IMG/VR virus record: IMGVR_UViG_3300046692_000582
Direction: 5' to 3' (one strand)
Source: an uncultured virus (IMG/VR IMGVR_UViG_3300046692_000582)
Taxonomy: Duplodnaviria; Heunggongvirae; Uroviricota; Caudoviricetes
DNA: 64,000 nt
In this document: positions 37,470 through 47,257 of the stretch, one piece after another
How the letters are laid out: each line of letters starts with the position of its first letter
Numbering within the stretch: the first letter of the stretch is position 1
Position numbers and translations under genes: made by a program
Notes under the pieces: model-generated
What the model was told of the DNA's origin: nothing
Seen by the model: only the letters and a program-made list of their open reading frames with translations
Databases searched by the model: none

Positions 37470-38552
37470 TTATTGCGTCTTGTGTCTGCACACTTCCCAG
37501 ATCGAGGTGGTTGCTTTTTCACTTTTTAAGATTCCACGAGTGTACACATACCCCCCATTTACCGTTTGACGGTCCGATTGAGCGGCTTCTGAATAATAAA
37601 TCTTCGCTCCAGCCCAAGTTATTAAATAGGATGTATTTTGTTTTGAGAAATTAGAAGTGATTCCTGAGGTTAAATCATATCGGCACTCTTCTGTCATGGT
37701 TCCCACCGCTAACTGTGTGCGTTTGTCATTAGCCACTGATCGAGTCTGCGTTTTTGCCGGAAACGCTGGATCTAGACCCGAGCTGCCGCCCACGTAGCCA
37801 CTGACAGTTCTTGCTTGAAGGGTTGTGCACGTTTGGGTTTGCTGAAAGGTGCTACCAGCAGGAATATTTGATGCCCGTGGTGACCATTCAGTGCAATTAT
37901 CGAAATTGCCGGTATTTGCCCAATCAGAAAACTTGACTGTATAAAGGCGAGAGTTGTTTTGGTTGCTCACTGTCCGCTTTTCATAAACCGGATTTCCGGA
38001 TTCCCTGATCGCTTGAGTTTGCTTTTCCTGATCTAGATTCGTTCGCATTCTTGTTTGGTCAATAAGGCAAGATGCGGTTTGCTGAAAGGTTTTGTTATCC
38101 AATATAGTGGACGCTGAAGGTGTCCAGGCGCCGCAATTATAAGGATTGCCGGAATTTACCCATTGTCCATATTTGGGTGCAATCGGTGTCCACTGCTCTT
38201 TGATCCCAATTGCTTGTTTTGAGTTTTTCGCTGCAATCGTCCTGCTTTCCCATTGCGGCTCGCCTGCATTTTTAATTTCATACGTTTGATTGTTTTTTAC
38301 TCGATGTTGCACCGAACGATCTTGTTCAACAATGCAATCCGTTGCTGTTTGCAAGAATGAAACGCCCTTTACGATACTTGAGGTTGGAGGAGACCAGTTG
38401 GTGCAGTTGATCGGGCCTTTCACGGTTTTCCATGGACTGATTAATGACTCATAGTCCACCCAGTTGGCTTTAATCGGAGGTTTTTCACTGGCAATTGAAC
38501 CTTGTGAAATACATGCAAGGCCCAATAAAAAGGCAGCGTTTAAAATTTTCAT
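37470..38552 (-). CDS. secreted protein with three Cys/Trp repeats
   Basis: signal peptide; three W..NCxxWxP..FxQTxxC..QxR units. Confidence 0.75.
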   Translation of the reverse strand: MKILNAAFLLGLACISQGSIASEKPPIKANWVDYESLISPWKTVKGPINCTNWSPPTSSIVKGVSFLQTATDCIVEQDRSVQHRVKNNQTYEIKNAGEPQWESRTIAAKNSKQAIGIKEQWTPIAPKYGQWVNSGNPYNCGAWTPSASTILDNKTFQQTASCLIDQTRMRTNLDQEKQTQAIRESGNPVYEKRTVSNQNNSRLYTVKFSDWANTGNFDNCTEWSPRASNIPAGSTFQQTQTCTTLQARTVSGYVGGSSGLDPAFPAKTQTRSVANDKRTQLAVGTMTEECRYDLTSGITSNFSKQNTSYLITWAGAKIYYSEAAQSDRQTVNGGYVYTRGILKSEKATTSIWEVCRHKTQ

Positions 38553-38566
38553 CTTATCAATCTCGT

Positions 38567-38592
38567 TTGTTATTGTTATTGTTATTGTTATT
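38567..38592 (-). repeat. (AATAAC)4 tract in the 5' UTR, CA/ARN-like motif
   Basis: TTGTTA x4 on the plus strand, about 15 nt before the ATG at 38552. Confidence 0.6.
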
Positions 38593-38794
38593 AACCACAC
38601 TATGTATTCTACATGAAAAAAAGTTACAAACCATTCTAACTAATGGTTGTTTGATAAATTTTCATTGTCGATTAATAGCTTTAATTAAGCGAGCGCTAAG
38701 TGGTTAATCGGTTTATTAATGTAATGCTGAGGGAGGTAGACCTTGCAGAAGAGCAAGGGTTAAGACAAGGCGTGGCCAATCCGGCAAAAGCCGG

Positions 38795-39088
38795 TTAGCT
38801 GAGTACCGCGATGATTGGTGAAGGCGGATCATTGGCAAGAAGGCTTGCGGACTCCACGGCGCTGCTGATGAGCTTTTCAGTTCTGGCAACACGATTGCGC
38901 ATGATTTGAATCATTTGCAGGCAACCGCGCTGGTAAGCGCTGCCCTGCCCCGCTACATCAGAGTCGTCTACACCTGCTTCGTTTTGCATCTCTTCCAGAA
39001 TCGCTTTCTGATCCTTCAAGATGGACCGTAGGCGTTGGATATTGCCGTTACCTTGACATGAATTTTGACACATGTTGTGAAGCTCCAA
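38795..39088 (-). CDS. hypothetical protein
   Basis: 97 aa ORF in the minus operon. Confidence 0.5.
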   Translation of the reverse strand: MELHNMCQNSCQGNGNIQRLRSILKDQKAILEEMQNEAGVDDSDVAGQGSAYQRGCLQMIQIMRNRVARTEKLISSAVESASLLANDPPSPIIAVLS

Positions 39089-39103
39089 AGGGCGCAGCCC
39101 CCG

Positions 39104-39709
39104 TCAGGGCTGCTTGTTCAACTCTTCCAGGTTGCGCTGAGCCTTTTCCAGGGCGGCTTCCGCGTCTTTGACCTGCTTAACTCGCTTCTCTTCAGCAAGT
39201 TTGCGGTAGAGATCATTGAGGAAATCCTCAATAAGCACCGGATAGTTATCCGCATGGAGCCAGTGCTCTGGGATTAGGAAATCCATCTTGTCGACACCGC
39301 CGTTGTAGATGAACTCCATTTCCAGATGCTCACCCCCCTCTTTGTGGTTGGGGTAGTGCTCGACAATATGACCACCAGAAGACCAGTTGTGGCATTCGGG
39401 GTGGGCAAGCGGGCGTTGTTCTATCGGGGTGTTGTAGTGATAAGTCGGGGCCAGCAACTTGGCAATGTCACGTACGCGTTCGGCGCGACGTTCATTTTCC
39501 AGGCGTGGGTTCAATTGGGCGTTCAGCTGCGCAATTTGTCGCTGAAGCTCCTGTACCTCATTGTCGTGCGCTACAGCTTGCTCCGCAGCCATTTCAGCGG
39601 CGGCATGGCGGGCGGTCTTGTGACCAAGCTTATAAGCCAAATTTTCGGCTTCCGTCGCAAACTCAGGATTGGCCTGAAGGTGCATGATGTTGTCATGAAG
39701 CTTGCTCAT
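39104..39709 (-). CDS. hypothetical coiled-coil protein, tandem paralog
   Basis: LLAPTY..HPECHNW..FLIPEHW. Confidence 0.7.
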   Translation of the reverse strand: MSKLHDNIMHLQANPEFATEAENLAYKLGHKTARHAAAEMAAEQAVAHDNEVQELQRQIAQLNAQLNPRLENERRAERVRDIAKLLAPTYHYNTPIEQRPLAHPECHNWSSGGHIVEHYPNHKEGGEHLEMEFIYNGGVDKMDFLIPEHWLHADNYPVLIEDFLNDLYRKLAEEKRVKQVKDAEAALEKAQRNLEELNKQP

Positions 39710-39826
39710 TTGATGTCCTTTCCGCATGGCGCTGAACTGTTGTTTGTTGAGAACAGGCGTTTTAACCTTTCCTGAGTATTATTATTTTAGCCAACACCAT
39801 CAAAGGTGTCAATGGCGTAAACACTT

Positions 39827-40354
39827 TTATTCCTGAAGATCCCAGGCCATTTGGCAATACTCTTGCACCATACCCTTCAGATCGGAAATGCTCTCCACTA
39901 CGAACCATTCATTGGGTAGGAAAAAGTCTGCGTCATGCCAATTACGCCCATCGTGCCAATCCACGTCAATGTGATAGCCCTTTTCGACTTGCAACTCTCT
40001 GACCAGATTGGCGCCCTTATACCAGCCATGGCAGTTTGGGTGACGCACGGGATACTGATCGTGAGGGATGTCCTTGGGATGGGTTGGCGCTAGGATGGCC
40101 AGGATATTGAGGAGTCGCTGATGATGATTCAGCTTTTCCGCGTATTGGACATCCTCAGGAATTTGGGCCTTCAGGGATTGCAACTCGTCCTTCAATGCCT
40201 GAATTTCCGCCTCTTTCTCCGCGCTGAACTTTGCGACAAGGTCTGCAATGACTTGCTTGGCTTTATTGAAGCCTGCGTCAAATCGAGGGCTGTCTTCAAA
40301 ATGAGGGTTTTGAGTCGGCTGAAGGCTGGCAATAGCTTTGAGAATCTGGGTCAT
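39827..40354 (-). CDS. hypothetical coiled-coil protein, tandem paralog
   Basis: ILAPTH..HPNCHGW..FFLPNEW. Confidence 0.7.
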   Translation of the reverse strand: MTQILKAIASLQPTQNPHFEDSPRFDAGFNKAKQVIADLVAKFSAEKEAEIQALKDELQSLKAQIPEDVQYAEKLNHHQRLLNILAILAPTHPKDIPHDQYPVRHPNCHGWYKGANLVRELQVEKGYHIDVDWHDGRNWHDADFFLPNEWFVVESISDLKGMVQEYCQMAWDLQE

Positions 40355-40386
40355 AAGGTAATCCTGCTGTAGATGTTTGGTTGCGT

Positions 40387-40863
40387 TTAGCGTTCGCTAA
40401 GCGACAATGCTTCGACGCATTTGAGCAAGCTCGCAGGCGTGATGTAGCTGAGCCTTCGCCCTTCAAATACCTCATCATTTCGAATTACGGGTTGCTCGCC
40501 CGCCTCGTCCAAATGATAGTTGTGATCGTCGTAAATGGCCGACAGTAGGTTATGCAGCGAATACAGGCCATTCATGGAGGAAATGTCAGCACAAAAGCCT
40601 GTTGGGGCCAACAGGGCTTTGTAAGTGGCCACATGGTGTGTCGCCAGGATCAGCAGCTTTTCCGTCAGCAGGTCCATCCCCTGATACGAAGGGTTACTGA
40701 CAAAATGATCGTTATTGAGCCACTGAAGCAAACGCTCGTAACTGCACTCAACGCTGCTCGCGTTCACCAGATACTCGCCATTTTTGAATATCGCTGGGTC
40801 TGCAAAAGCGCACGCCTTTACGCCTTCCAAAATAGTGAATGCCAGTACTTTTTGCTGTGACAT
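40387..40863 (-). CDS. hypothetical protein
   Basis: GGAGG SD; TTGACA..TATAAT promoter. Confidence 0.7.
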   Translation of the reverse strand: MSQQKVLAFTILEGVKACAFADPAIFKNGEYLVNASSVECSYERLLQWLNNDHFVSNPSYQGMDLLTEKLLILATHHVATYKALLAPTGFCADISSMNGLYSLHNLLSAIYDDHNYHLDEAGEQPVIRNDEVFEGRRLSYITPASLLKCVEALSLSER

Positions 40864-40930
40864 AAAACCTCCCAGTTCATAGGGGGTTATTATATGTTAA
40901 ATCTCGCCAATGTCAATCACACTAACATAA

Positions 40931-41413
40931 TCAGAAAATCATTATCCAATTGATCCCTGATGAGGTGTCTTGGCCTTCACTCCCAAAAGCGGTTCCGCCG
41001 TTGTCATCAGACATGGCGTCCGGACAAAGTAGCTTGCCTAGGTGGCCATTACTCACGGTGTACTCGATGTCCTCTTCTGAAAAAAGAGAGGTTTTTCGAC
41101 CAGTTATTTCTTGAACGGAAAACTCCTGACCTGCCGTAGCCTCAAGTTTTTCTACGCAAGTCGAGTACGCTGGAAGGGTCGGAGCTGCATCGTGAATCTT
41201 ACCGCTCTGATCCCTTACCTTGATCAACACGACGTTGCTCTTAAGATAAAGTGCTTTAGTACTGACCAGTCGGAGCTTTACCTCTTTGGATTGCATTATC
41301 TGCATTGACGACGTAGGGTCGCCAAACCAAAAGAATGCTGAAATTATTGCAGCCAAGAACATGGCTGAAATAATTTTTAGTGTGATTTTTGTTCCGTTGG
41401 CGGAATTTCTCAT
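40931..41413 (-). CDS. membrane-anchored hypothetical protein
   Basis: N-terminal TM helix. Confidence 0.65.
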   Translation of the reverse strand: MRNSANGTKITLKIISAMFLAAIISAFFWFGDPTSSMQIMQSKEVKLRLVSTKALYLKSNVVLIKVRDQSGKIHDAAPTLPAYSTCVEKLEATAGQEFSVQEITGRKTSLFSEEDIEYTVSNGHLGKLLCPDAMSDDNGGTAFGSEGQDTSSGINWIMIF

Positions 41414-41439
41414 AAGTATTGAAATTTCTTAAATGGTTA

Positions 41440-41958
41440 TTATTTGGAAAACACAAGCTGTTCTGGAATCGAGCTGTATTCAACGTCAACCGTCAGTGTT
41501 GTTCTAAATTTTCCTTCGGGACACACTGTATTATCCAGATAAGCAACTTTTTCTTCATCTGATGCAGAGTCAGAATGCAATGGCGAGCTGTCGGGCTTTT
41601 TCTCAAAAAAAGACAGTGAATATGCTTGATATTTGAAGCGAGATTGGCATTTCAAAAAACTTTTTGTTGGATCAAAGCTCAATGAATGATAGGTATCAGG
41701 ATCGATTGTGAGGCTGTAGTTGACCACCGATTTTTTATTGTCGAGAAATACATTTACAGTCGAAAAATCGCTAACTTCAGGATACTTAGACTTTTCCACG
41801 ACGTTGTACTGATTAAATGATGGGTCTGGGGTGAAAATAGCGACTGCGCCCCAAATTATCAATGCAACGATAGCGCTCGCGAATGTTACGCATGCAATTA
41901 TTCCTGGGATGTTTTCCTTTTTCTTTTCATCTTCCTTTTCACTTTCATTGCTGGCCAT
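41440..41958 (-). CDS. membrane-anchored hypothetical protein
   Basis: single TM helix. Confidence 0.65.
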   Translation of the reverse strand: MASNESEKEDEKKKENIPGIIACVTFASAIVALIIWGAVAIFTPDPSFNQYNVVEKSKYPEVSDFSTVNVFLDNKKSVVNYSLTIDPDTYHSLSFDPTKSFLKCQSRFKYQAYSLSFFEKKPDSSPLHSDSASDEEKVAYLDNTVCPEGKFRTTLTVDVEYSSIPEQLVFSK

Positions 41959-42016
41959 GACATTTTCCAATTTTTTAGTTATAGGCTTAATATTGTCATG
42001 GAAGCTTTGAAAATAA

Positions 42017-42310
42017 TCAACCATCAATAGTAAGTTCATTGTCCTCTTGCTGACAGCGGCTATTTTTAATCAACCGCTTGAGAGCCATCCCTTCGTGAAA
42101 GCGTGACCGTGAAGCTCGATATTTTTTTGCTCCGGCCTTATCTCGGGCTATGCCGCGTTTGCCATTGGTGTGATCGCCTGTTGTAGCACCAGCTGATATT
42201 TTTCGATCAGCTAGCGCCAACGTTACGGGGGATCCAAGCAATTGATAATGCGTGAACACCGCATTGGGATCACGCTTGTCCTTGAAGCCACGACGATGAT
42301 TGGTTTTCAT
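42017..42310 (-). CDS. basic hypothetical protein
   Basis: ATGA coupling. Confidence 0.6.
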   Translation of the reverse strand: MKTNHRRGFKDKRDPNAVFTHYQLLGSPVTLALADRKISAGATTGDHTNGKRGIARDKAGAKKYRASRSRFHEGMALKRLIKNSRCQQEDNELTIDG

Positions 42311-42804
42311 TGAACAGTCTCAGCTGCGACTGCGGGCACGTATTGGCGCTCATTCACGCCACTTGTGTAAGCCGCACGCAAATCGTTTATGGAAAAGGTG
42401 TTTGGTGACGGCTCGTCCCGATCTCGGGTGTGTGCGTTATACCAGCCTCCAAAATTGGTCTCTCGGGTCGTTATTTTCTCACTGGCGCCGAGCAGTCTCA
42501 CCTTCTCTTCAGTCTCTTTGATTATTTCAGTCAGCCGATGGCGTGTCTCAGGGAGCGCATTGAGGCGCTGTGCCTCTTGTTTCACATCCGCCATAAGCTG
42601 ATCCAGGGCGATGTGTTCAGTCGTTTTGGGGGCGCTGGCACGACCAAGAAACTCCATTTCACTCAGCACTGGCTCGTCGACAGTTTTGGCGATCCGAATC
42701 AGCTCGCGGGCGATTTCATCTGAGTGACTTTGGTTCAAGTCGCGCAAAAGTCGCTTGATGCGTTTGCGCACGTAGTCCACGTCCACGTTATGGGTGTTGA
42801 GCAT
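42307..42804 (-). CDS. hypothetical protein
   Basis: operon position. Confidence 0.65.
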   Translation of the reverse strand: MLNTHNVDVDYVRKRIKRLLRDLNQSHSDEIARELIRIAKTVDEPVLSEMEFLGRASAPKTTEHIALDQLMADVKQEAQRLNALPETRHRLTEIIKETEEKVRLLGASEKITTRETNFGGWYNAHTRDRDEPSPNTFSINDLRAAYTSGVNERQYVPAVAAETVQ

Positions 42805-42807
42805 TGA

Positions 42808-43545
42808 TCATTTTTCCGTTGGAGTTGAAGTGGTTGAGTTGGGCTGCTGAGAGGCGCCTTGAAGCTGCTCGACCATGGAGTTAGTTCTTGCCAAGGCATC
42901 CTGTTGAATTTTCTTGAGGATTGAAACCTCCAACTCCAGGATGGCCGCTTTTGATTGCGCAGCATCAAAAAGATCCGCCCGTACGTAACGGACGGGTTCG
43001 TCCTTGATGTCGCTTTCTACCCATATTTCTTCGGGATCTGCTGATGTGGCTGTCAAAACGCAATCTTCTGATGTCGGTCCAAGAGTGTCATTCAGTTCCT
43101 CGCTGCTGATAGGCGCTGGCTGACCTGCTCGCTCGCGTTCGCCCACATAACAAAGTTCCATAAGGGAGTGAATCAGCGTTGTAATCGAGCGAATCAATTT
43201 GTCGATTGAGGCAATGTTGGTTTTGTTGCCAAAAATGAATCTGAGTGAGGTGCGAACGTTGTCCGCCGCACCCAAAGTTTTGCTTATAAGCGAGCGGTTC
43301 TGCTTGAGATCAAAATCCCTTTGATCAGCCAACACATCGATGCATTGGTGCAGGTGGATAATGGTCGCCCGGCTCCTGCCAGAGAAACGCACGCCGACCG
43401 GTTCGGAAGTAATCAGCCTGTCCAATTCGTGAAGTTGCAGTGAAATGTCTTTAGCATTCATAGTTATGGCTGTATGAGGCCCAATGATCATGGCGGCAAC
43501 CGCTGGCTTTGCCTGATCGTTTCCGAATTCAAGATCTTGGCGCAT
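42808..43545 (-). CDS. hypothetical protein
   Basis: AAGGA SD. Confidence 0.65.
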   Translation of the reverse strand: MRQDLEFGNDQAKPAVAAMIIGPHTAITMNAKDISLQLHELDRLITSEPVGVRFSGRSRATIIHLHQCIDVLADQRDFDLKQNRSLISKTLGAADNVRTSLRFIFGNKTNIASIDKLIRSITTLIHSLMELCYVGERERAGQPAPISSEELNDTLGPTSEDCVLTATSADPEEIWVESDIKDEPVRYVRADLFDAAQSKAAILELEVSILKKIQQDALARTNSMVEQLQGASQQPNSTTSTPTEK

Positions 43546-43631
43546 GTGTGAATCCTTTCCGGTTATCCGCCCTAATAGGGGTCGGCATTCATAAAAACAC
43601 GCTCATTGACTGGCGTGACGATCACTGCGCT

Positions 43632-43943
43632 TCAGCGCAAAACTTCAAATTCTGTAATAACGTCGTAGCAGGTGACCCCGCCCAGCCACTCCAGCGAGAA
43701 CTCAAGGTCATCCTCGTCCGGATAATCCTCAATATCCCCACTTTCATAGAGTGCATTCACCATCAGCATGCTGGCGCTCAGGTCATTGCGATCAATATGC
43801 GCTCTAATCACAATGCCTTGTTTCCCAAACCCCAGGCTACGCTCAAGGGCTTGCTGGTAGGTTCCCCAATACGATGGCGCAAGGACGCCTTCTTCAAGAA
43901 GGTCTGGCAAAACATCGACTGACGTTCCGTGGAACAAAATCAT
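43632..43943 (-). CDS. small protein with an ADP-ribosyltransferase-like HGTS motif
   Basis: MILFHGTS..LLEEG..SYWGT..A. Confidence 0.5.
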   Translation of the reverse strand: MILFHGTSVDVLPDLLEEGVLAPSYWGTYQQALERSLGFGKQGIVIRAHIDRNDLSASMLMVNALYESGDIEDYPDEDDLEFSLEWLGGVTCYDVITEFEVLR

Positions 43944-44034
43944 ACTGACTCACCAGCGCCTATTTACTAACACATAAAATAGCAATAATATTAACTAATG
44001 TCAATATTTTTGTACAAATCTAGGAGTCGCTTGA

Positions 44035-44256
44035 ATGGCAAAGCAATCTCAAGCTGATCGTGTCAAACGGCTGTTGAAGGGGGGCTGCCCTATCCACGGC
44101 ATGGGTATGACGCAAGTGGGTATCCTTCCTTCGAGGGGGCGTCAAATTGATCTAGTTGAATGTTGCCGAAAGGATTGTAGCATTCAAGCAACTGTTCGCC
44201 TTCCTGACACTGAGGCCACCCTCTTGCCCCGATTTTCGCACTTGATAGGCGATTGA
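44035..44256 (+). CDS. small zinc-binding protein
   Basis: CPIHG and CCRKDC; AGGAG SD. Confidence 0.6.
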   Translation: MAKQSQADRVKRLLKGGCPIHGMGMTQVGILPSRGRQIDLVECCRKDCSIQATVRLPDTEATLLPRFSHLIGD

Positions 44257-44401
44257 AATCCGCTCTGCGGGAGCCCCCAGCGGGTTGTTTGGTGCCTTCA
44301 ATCGGTTTATTTCAACTTTTAATTTGATACAATTAACAGCCCATTGACTTCAATTTTTGGGCTGATAGCCTGTGCGCTCTTTCCCCAGAACTGGATACAT
44401 A

Positions 44402-44677
44402 ATGAGCGTGCTGAACATCAAATTGATCGAATTTAAGGCCTTGGGCTCGACTGACGTTAAATGCGGCTATCTTGCGGATCTCGACGGCCTCCAGGTGGTG
44501 CACATGGATGATTCCTGGGCGTCGTTCAAGGAAGAATTCCCGACAAAGGAATTGATCGCCAAGGCCGCAATGGCGCAGTTGTATTTTATGCAAAGCAAGT
44601 CGATTTTGTGTGATGACGATGAGGCTCCGGTCTCGATTGATCACTGTGAAATCGAAGGGGCACAAGCGCTCTATTGA
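44402..44677 (+). CDS. hypothetical protein, tandem paralog
   Basis: EFKALG..SWASFKEEFPT. Confidence 0.65.
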   Translation: MSVLNIKLIEFKALGSTDVKCGYLADLDGLQVVHMDDSWASFKEEFPTKELIAKAAMAQLYFMQSKSILCDDDEAPVSIDHCEIEGAQALY

Positions 44678-44793
44678 GTGTGCCGTGGGGGGTGATATTC
44701 ACCCCCGTCCGGCCATTTGAAATGGTTTGTGTTATTGACGCATGATTGATCTCAACATATAATCTGTCGCATCAACTTAACGAGAAATCCCGC

Positions 44794-45117
44794 ATGTCGA
44801 ACCTTCGCATCGAATTTACTGAATTTAAGATTTTGGGGTGCAGAGAGTCTTCCGTTGGTTTTATTGCCACGGATGAAACTAACGAGACCTATTTCCGTAG
44901 CGCCAAGTCGTGGGATGAGTTTCGTCGTGAATTTCCGACACCGCAGGCGGTGCTTGACGTAATCCTGGAATCCCCAACCATGGACTTCGCGGTTTGTAAT
45001 TATGACGTAGTAAACGGTTGTCCAGTATGGAGGCGTGAGGGTGACGACGAGGATGACGAGGTTTCGACCGTTGACGGCCTTGTCTTCCAGGGTGTTGCTG
45101 AGGTTTATGGGCTCTGA
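44794..45117 (+). CDS. hypothetical protein, tandem paralog
   Basis: EFKILG..SWDEFRREFPT. Confidence 0.65.
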   Translation: MSNLRIEFTEFKILGCRESSVGFIATDETNETYFRSAKSWDEFRREFPTPQAVLDVILESPTMDFAVCNYDVVNGCPVWRREGDDEDDEVSTVDGLVFQGVAEVYGL

Positions 45118-45175
45118 TGGGGCATGGGGCGAGCATTGGTTTGCGCGCCCCTTTTAAAGATCTGGCCAATCACGC

Positions 45176-45203
45176 TTGACTTTTTGTACAAAAAGCAAAT
45201 AAT
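45176..45203 (+). promoter_or_regulatory. promoter with the 16-bp palindrome CTTTTTGTACAAAAAG
   Basis: TTGACT 45176; palindrome 45180-45195. Confidence 0.7.
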
Positions 45204-45269
45204 AAGGCCATATTAAATATCTTCAGATGGCGTTATCATAGTCGTGACGCATCTCAGAGGATAATAAAA

Positions 45270-45680
45270 ATGACTTTACATAAGCTTTTGATGGCGACAT
45301 TGCTGTCATCGTGTTTTTTGCTCACAGGATGTCCAGCCACACCGGAAGAAATTGCTACCGCCAGATCTCAAACCATGTCCAGCCTCTCCAATCCAGATCT
45401 GGTAGGAAAGCTGGCTGATGGGCGTTCGATACACCGCGTCGTTGTGGTCATGCCGGGCGCAAATGCGCATAATCATTATGTCTATTTTGTAGACAATGCC
45501 ACTGTCTCTAGCAATTACGCTGTGCAGGAAGGGAAAGTAACCGTCAACAACACCCGTGTGTCGTTGCCAGCCAATATGACAACAGATGAAGTCATTGCAG
45601 CTGCGGAAGAACTGAAAAAACAACAGCGCGCTACTGAAGAAGCAGAATATTCTCGTTTGAAACAGAAGCTAGGCAAATAA
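45270..45680 (+). CDS. putative lipoprotein
   Basis: lipobox LTGC. Confidence 0.7.
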   Translation: MTLHKLLMATLLSSCFLLTGCPATPEEIATARSQTMSSLSNPDLVGKLADGRSIHRVVVVMPGANAHNHYVYFVDNATVSSNYAVQEGKVTVNNTRVSLPANMTTDEVIAAAEELKKQQRATEEAEYSRLKQKLGK

Positions 45681-45737
45681 ATGTATTTTCGGTGGCCGTG
45701 GCGGTCATCTCTTTTTTAATCCGTTCAGGGGTTTCTC

Positions 45738-46283
45738 ATGTCTCAAGCAGTTCCATTCAACGATGTTGTAGGTAAAGACGTTTCGATCATCCGGTTTTCG
45801 GACTTGTCGATCTCTCACCAGATGGCCGTTGTATGGTTCTATGCCGTAGATCTAGGTCGCTGGGATAAGGTATCCCTGGACTCGGTAGAGTCTGACCTTG
45901 ATGCCGCCCCTGAAATGGCCAAGAAAGAAATTCAGGAATTGCTACCAGAGTTTTCGCAACATTACGGACGTGAATACTTCGTGGTGGCGTCCATTCCGGT
46001 TGATCGCTTGAAGGCAGCGGCCTTCGAATACATCCAGAAAGCAGATCTCGTTTTTTTGCTGCCAAAACCAGTTGAAAACGGTGAGTTCAGTGACTGGAAC
46101 GATTTCCATGCATGGAGTCTGGCCCATACTCGCGTGCCTGACCACGGTGATGATGCGCGCTGGCCTGTTTTGCTGACCGGTGAACAGAGCGTGATCCACG
46201 ATGGCTGGAAGCGGCTCCACAGCTATGTCCGATCTGGGCACACCCACATCCCAGTCATTCATATCCCCCACCTGTACGACTAA
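45738..46283 (+). CDS. ParB/Srx-fold-like protein
   Basis: RWPVLL..IHDGWKRLHSY..IPV. Confidence 0.65.
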   Translation: MSQAVPFNDVVGKDVSIIRFSDLSISHQMAVVWFYAVDLGRWDKVSLDSVESDLDAAPEMAKKEIQELLPEFSQHYGREYFVVASIPVDRLKAAAFEYIQKADLVFLLPKPVENGEFSDWNDFHAWSLAHTRVPDHGDDARWPVLLTGEQSVIHDGWKRLHSYVRSGHTHIPVIHIPHLYD

Positions 46284-46316
46284 CCCAGGCTGATTGTCCT
46301 AAAGCGAGAGTGAATC

Positions 46317-46820
46317 ATGAGCATTTTTAACCGACACGGCCCCTATGAGTGTGTGGCGCCCTTCAGTGGACTTTCTGAAGCCAAGAAGATGGCGCTGATA
46401 TTCAACGGATTTGGTCGAATCGGCGTGCAGGAGGTTCACACCACGCTGAAAGAAACCAGTCAGGGGTTTTATGAGCGAATTTCTGATGCGATCCGCCCTC
46501 ATATGCCACGGTTGAACTTGGCCTATTACAGTCGACTGATTGTCATTGAGCGCGTACCGTTGACCGTAATTGAGTCGGAATTGATGGGAGACCCATCTTT
46601 TGCTCAGCAATTCCCAAGCCTTGCTGATTACCATGGGTGGTGGGCATCTGAATTCGGTCTGATCGAAAGCTTGCCGGAAGAGCCCTGGCCGCTGGTACTG
46701 GCTGATCCGGCAAGCGTTGTCGCCAATCCTTACGAAAAGTTTGCTGACTGTTATGACCGCCTGCATGCCTATATTGCCAGCGGGCGTCAGACGATACCGT
46801 GCCTCCGTCTTCTTGAATAA
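46317..46820 (+). CDS. ParB/Srx-fold-like protein (diverged)
   Basis: WPLVL..DCYDRLHAY..IPC. Confidence 0.6.
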   Translation: MSIFNRHGPYECVAPFSGLSEAKKMALIFNGFGRIGVQEVHTTLKETSQGFYERISDAIRPHMPRLNLAYYSRLIVIERVPLTVIESELMGDPSFAQQFPSLADYHGWWASEFGLIESLPEEPWPLVLADPASVVANPYEKFADCYDRLHAYIASGRQTIPCLRLLE

Positions 46821-46912
46821 AGAGAACGCCTAGCTGTCAACTGCATTGACACTTGGTCTTTGTGCGACTATAATTACTCCATTACAGCGCACTTCCAAAA
46901 CAGGATTATTCA

Positions 46913-47197
46913 ATGAAAATGACCGCCGCCGATGTCGCTCGTCTGACTGATGCATTGAACGCAGTTGTCGAACGCGAAGGTGTGGAGAAAATCCAGCGGT
47001 ATCACGCCCAAGGGCTGGGAATTGATACGGCCAAGAGATTTCGTTGGGATTTGCTCTGGGCAATTAATGCAGCCGCTCGCAAGCCTTTGATGGATGATTT
47101 CTACGTCTACATGGACGACACGCACATTGATACGGCTCTGCGGGCCTATGTTGCCAGTCGCCCAGAACTGACCCAGGCCCCTGTGAAAGAGGTCTAG
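46913..47197 (+). CDS. hypothetical protein
   Basis: KRFRWDLLW..DDTHIDTALR; promoter TTGACA..TATAAT. Confidence 0.7.
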   Translation: MKMTAADVARLTDALNAVVEREGVEKIQRYHAQGLGIDTAKRFRWDLLWAINAAARKPLMDDFYVYMDDTHIDTALRAYVASRPELTQAPVKEV

Positions 47198-47257
47198 TTT
47201 ATTCCCTGGCCCTGACGGATTGTTGGGGTTTTCCTGCTTTAAAACTGCGGAGTCCTA

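Noticed and set aside
45183..45196. TTTGTACAAAAAGC resembles the Gateway attB1 core
   Set aside because: The flanks do not match attB1, and the motif recurs at native promoters; not vector contamination.
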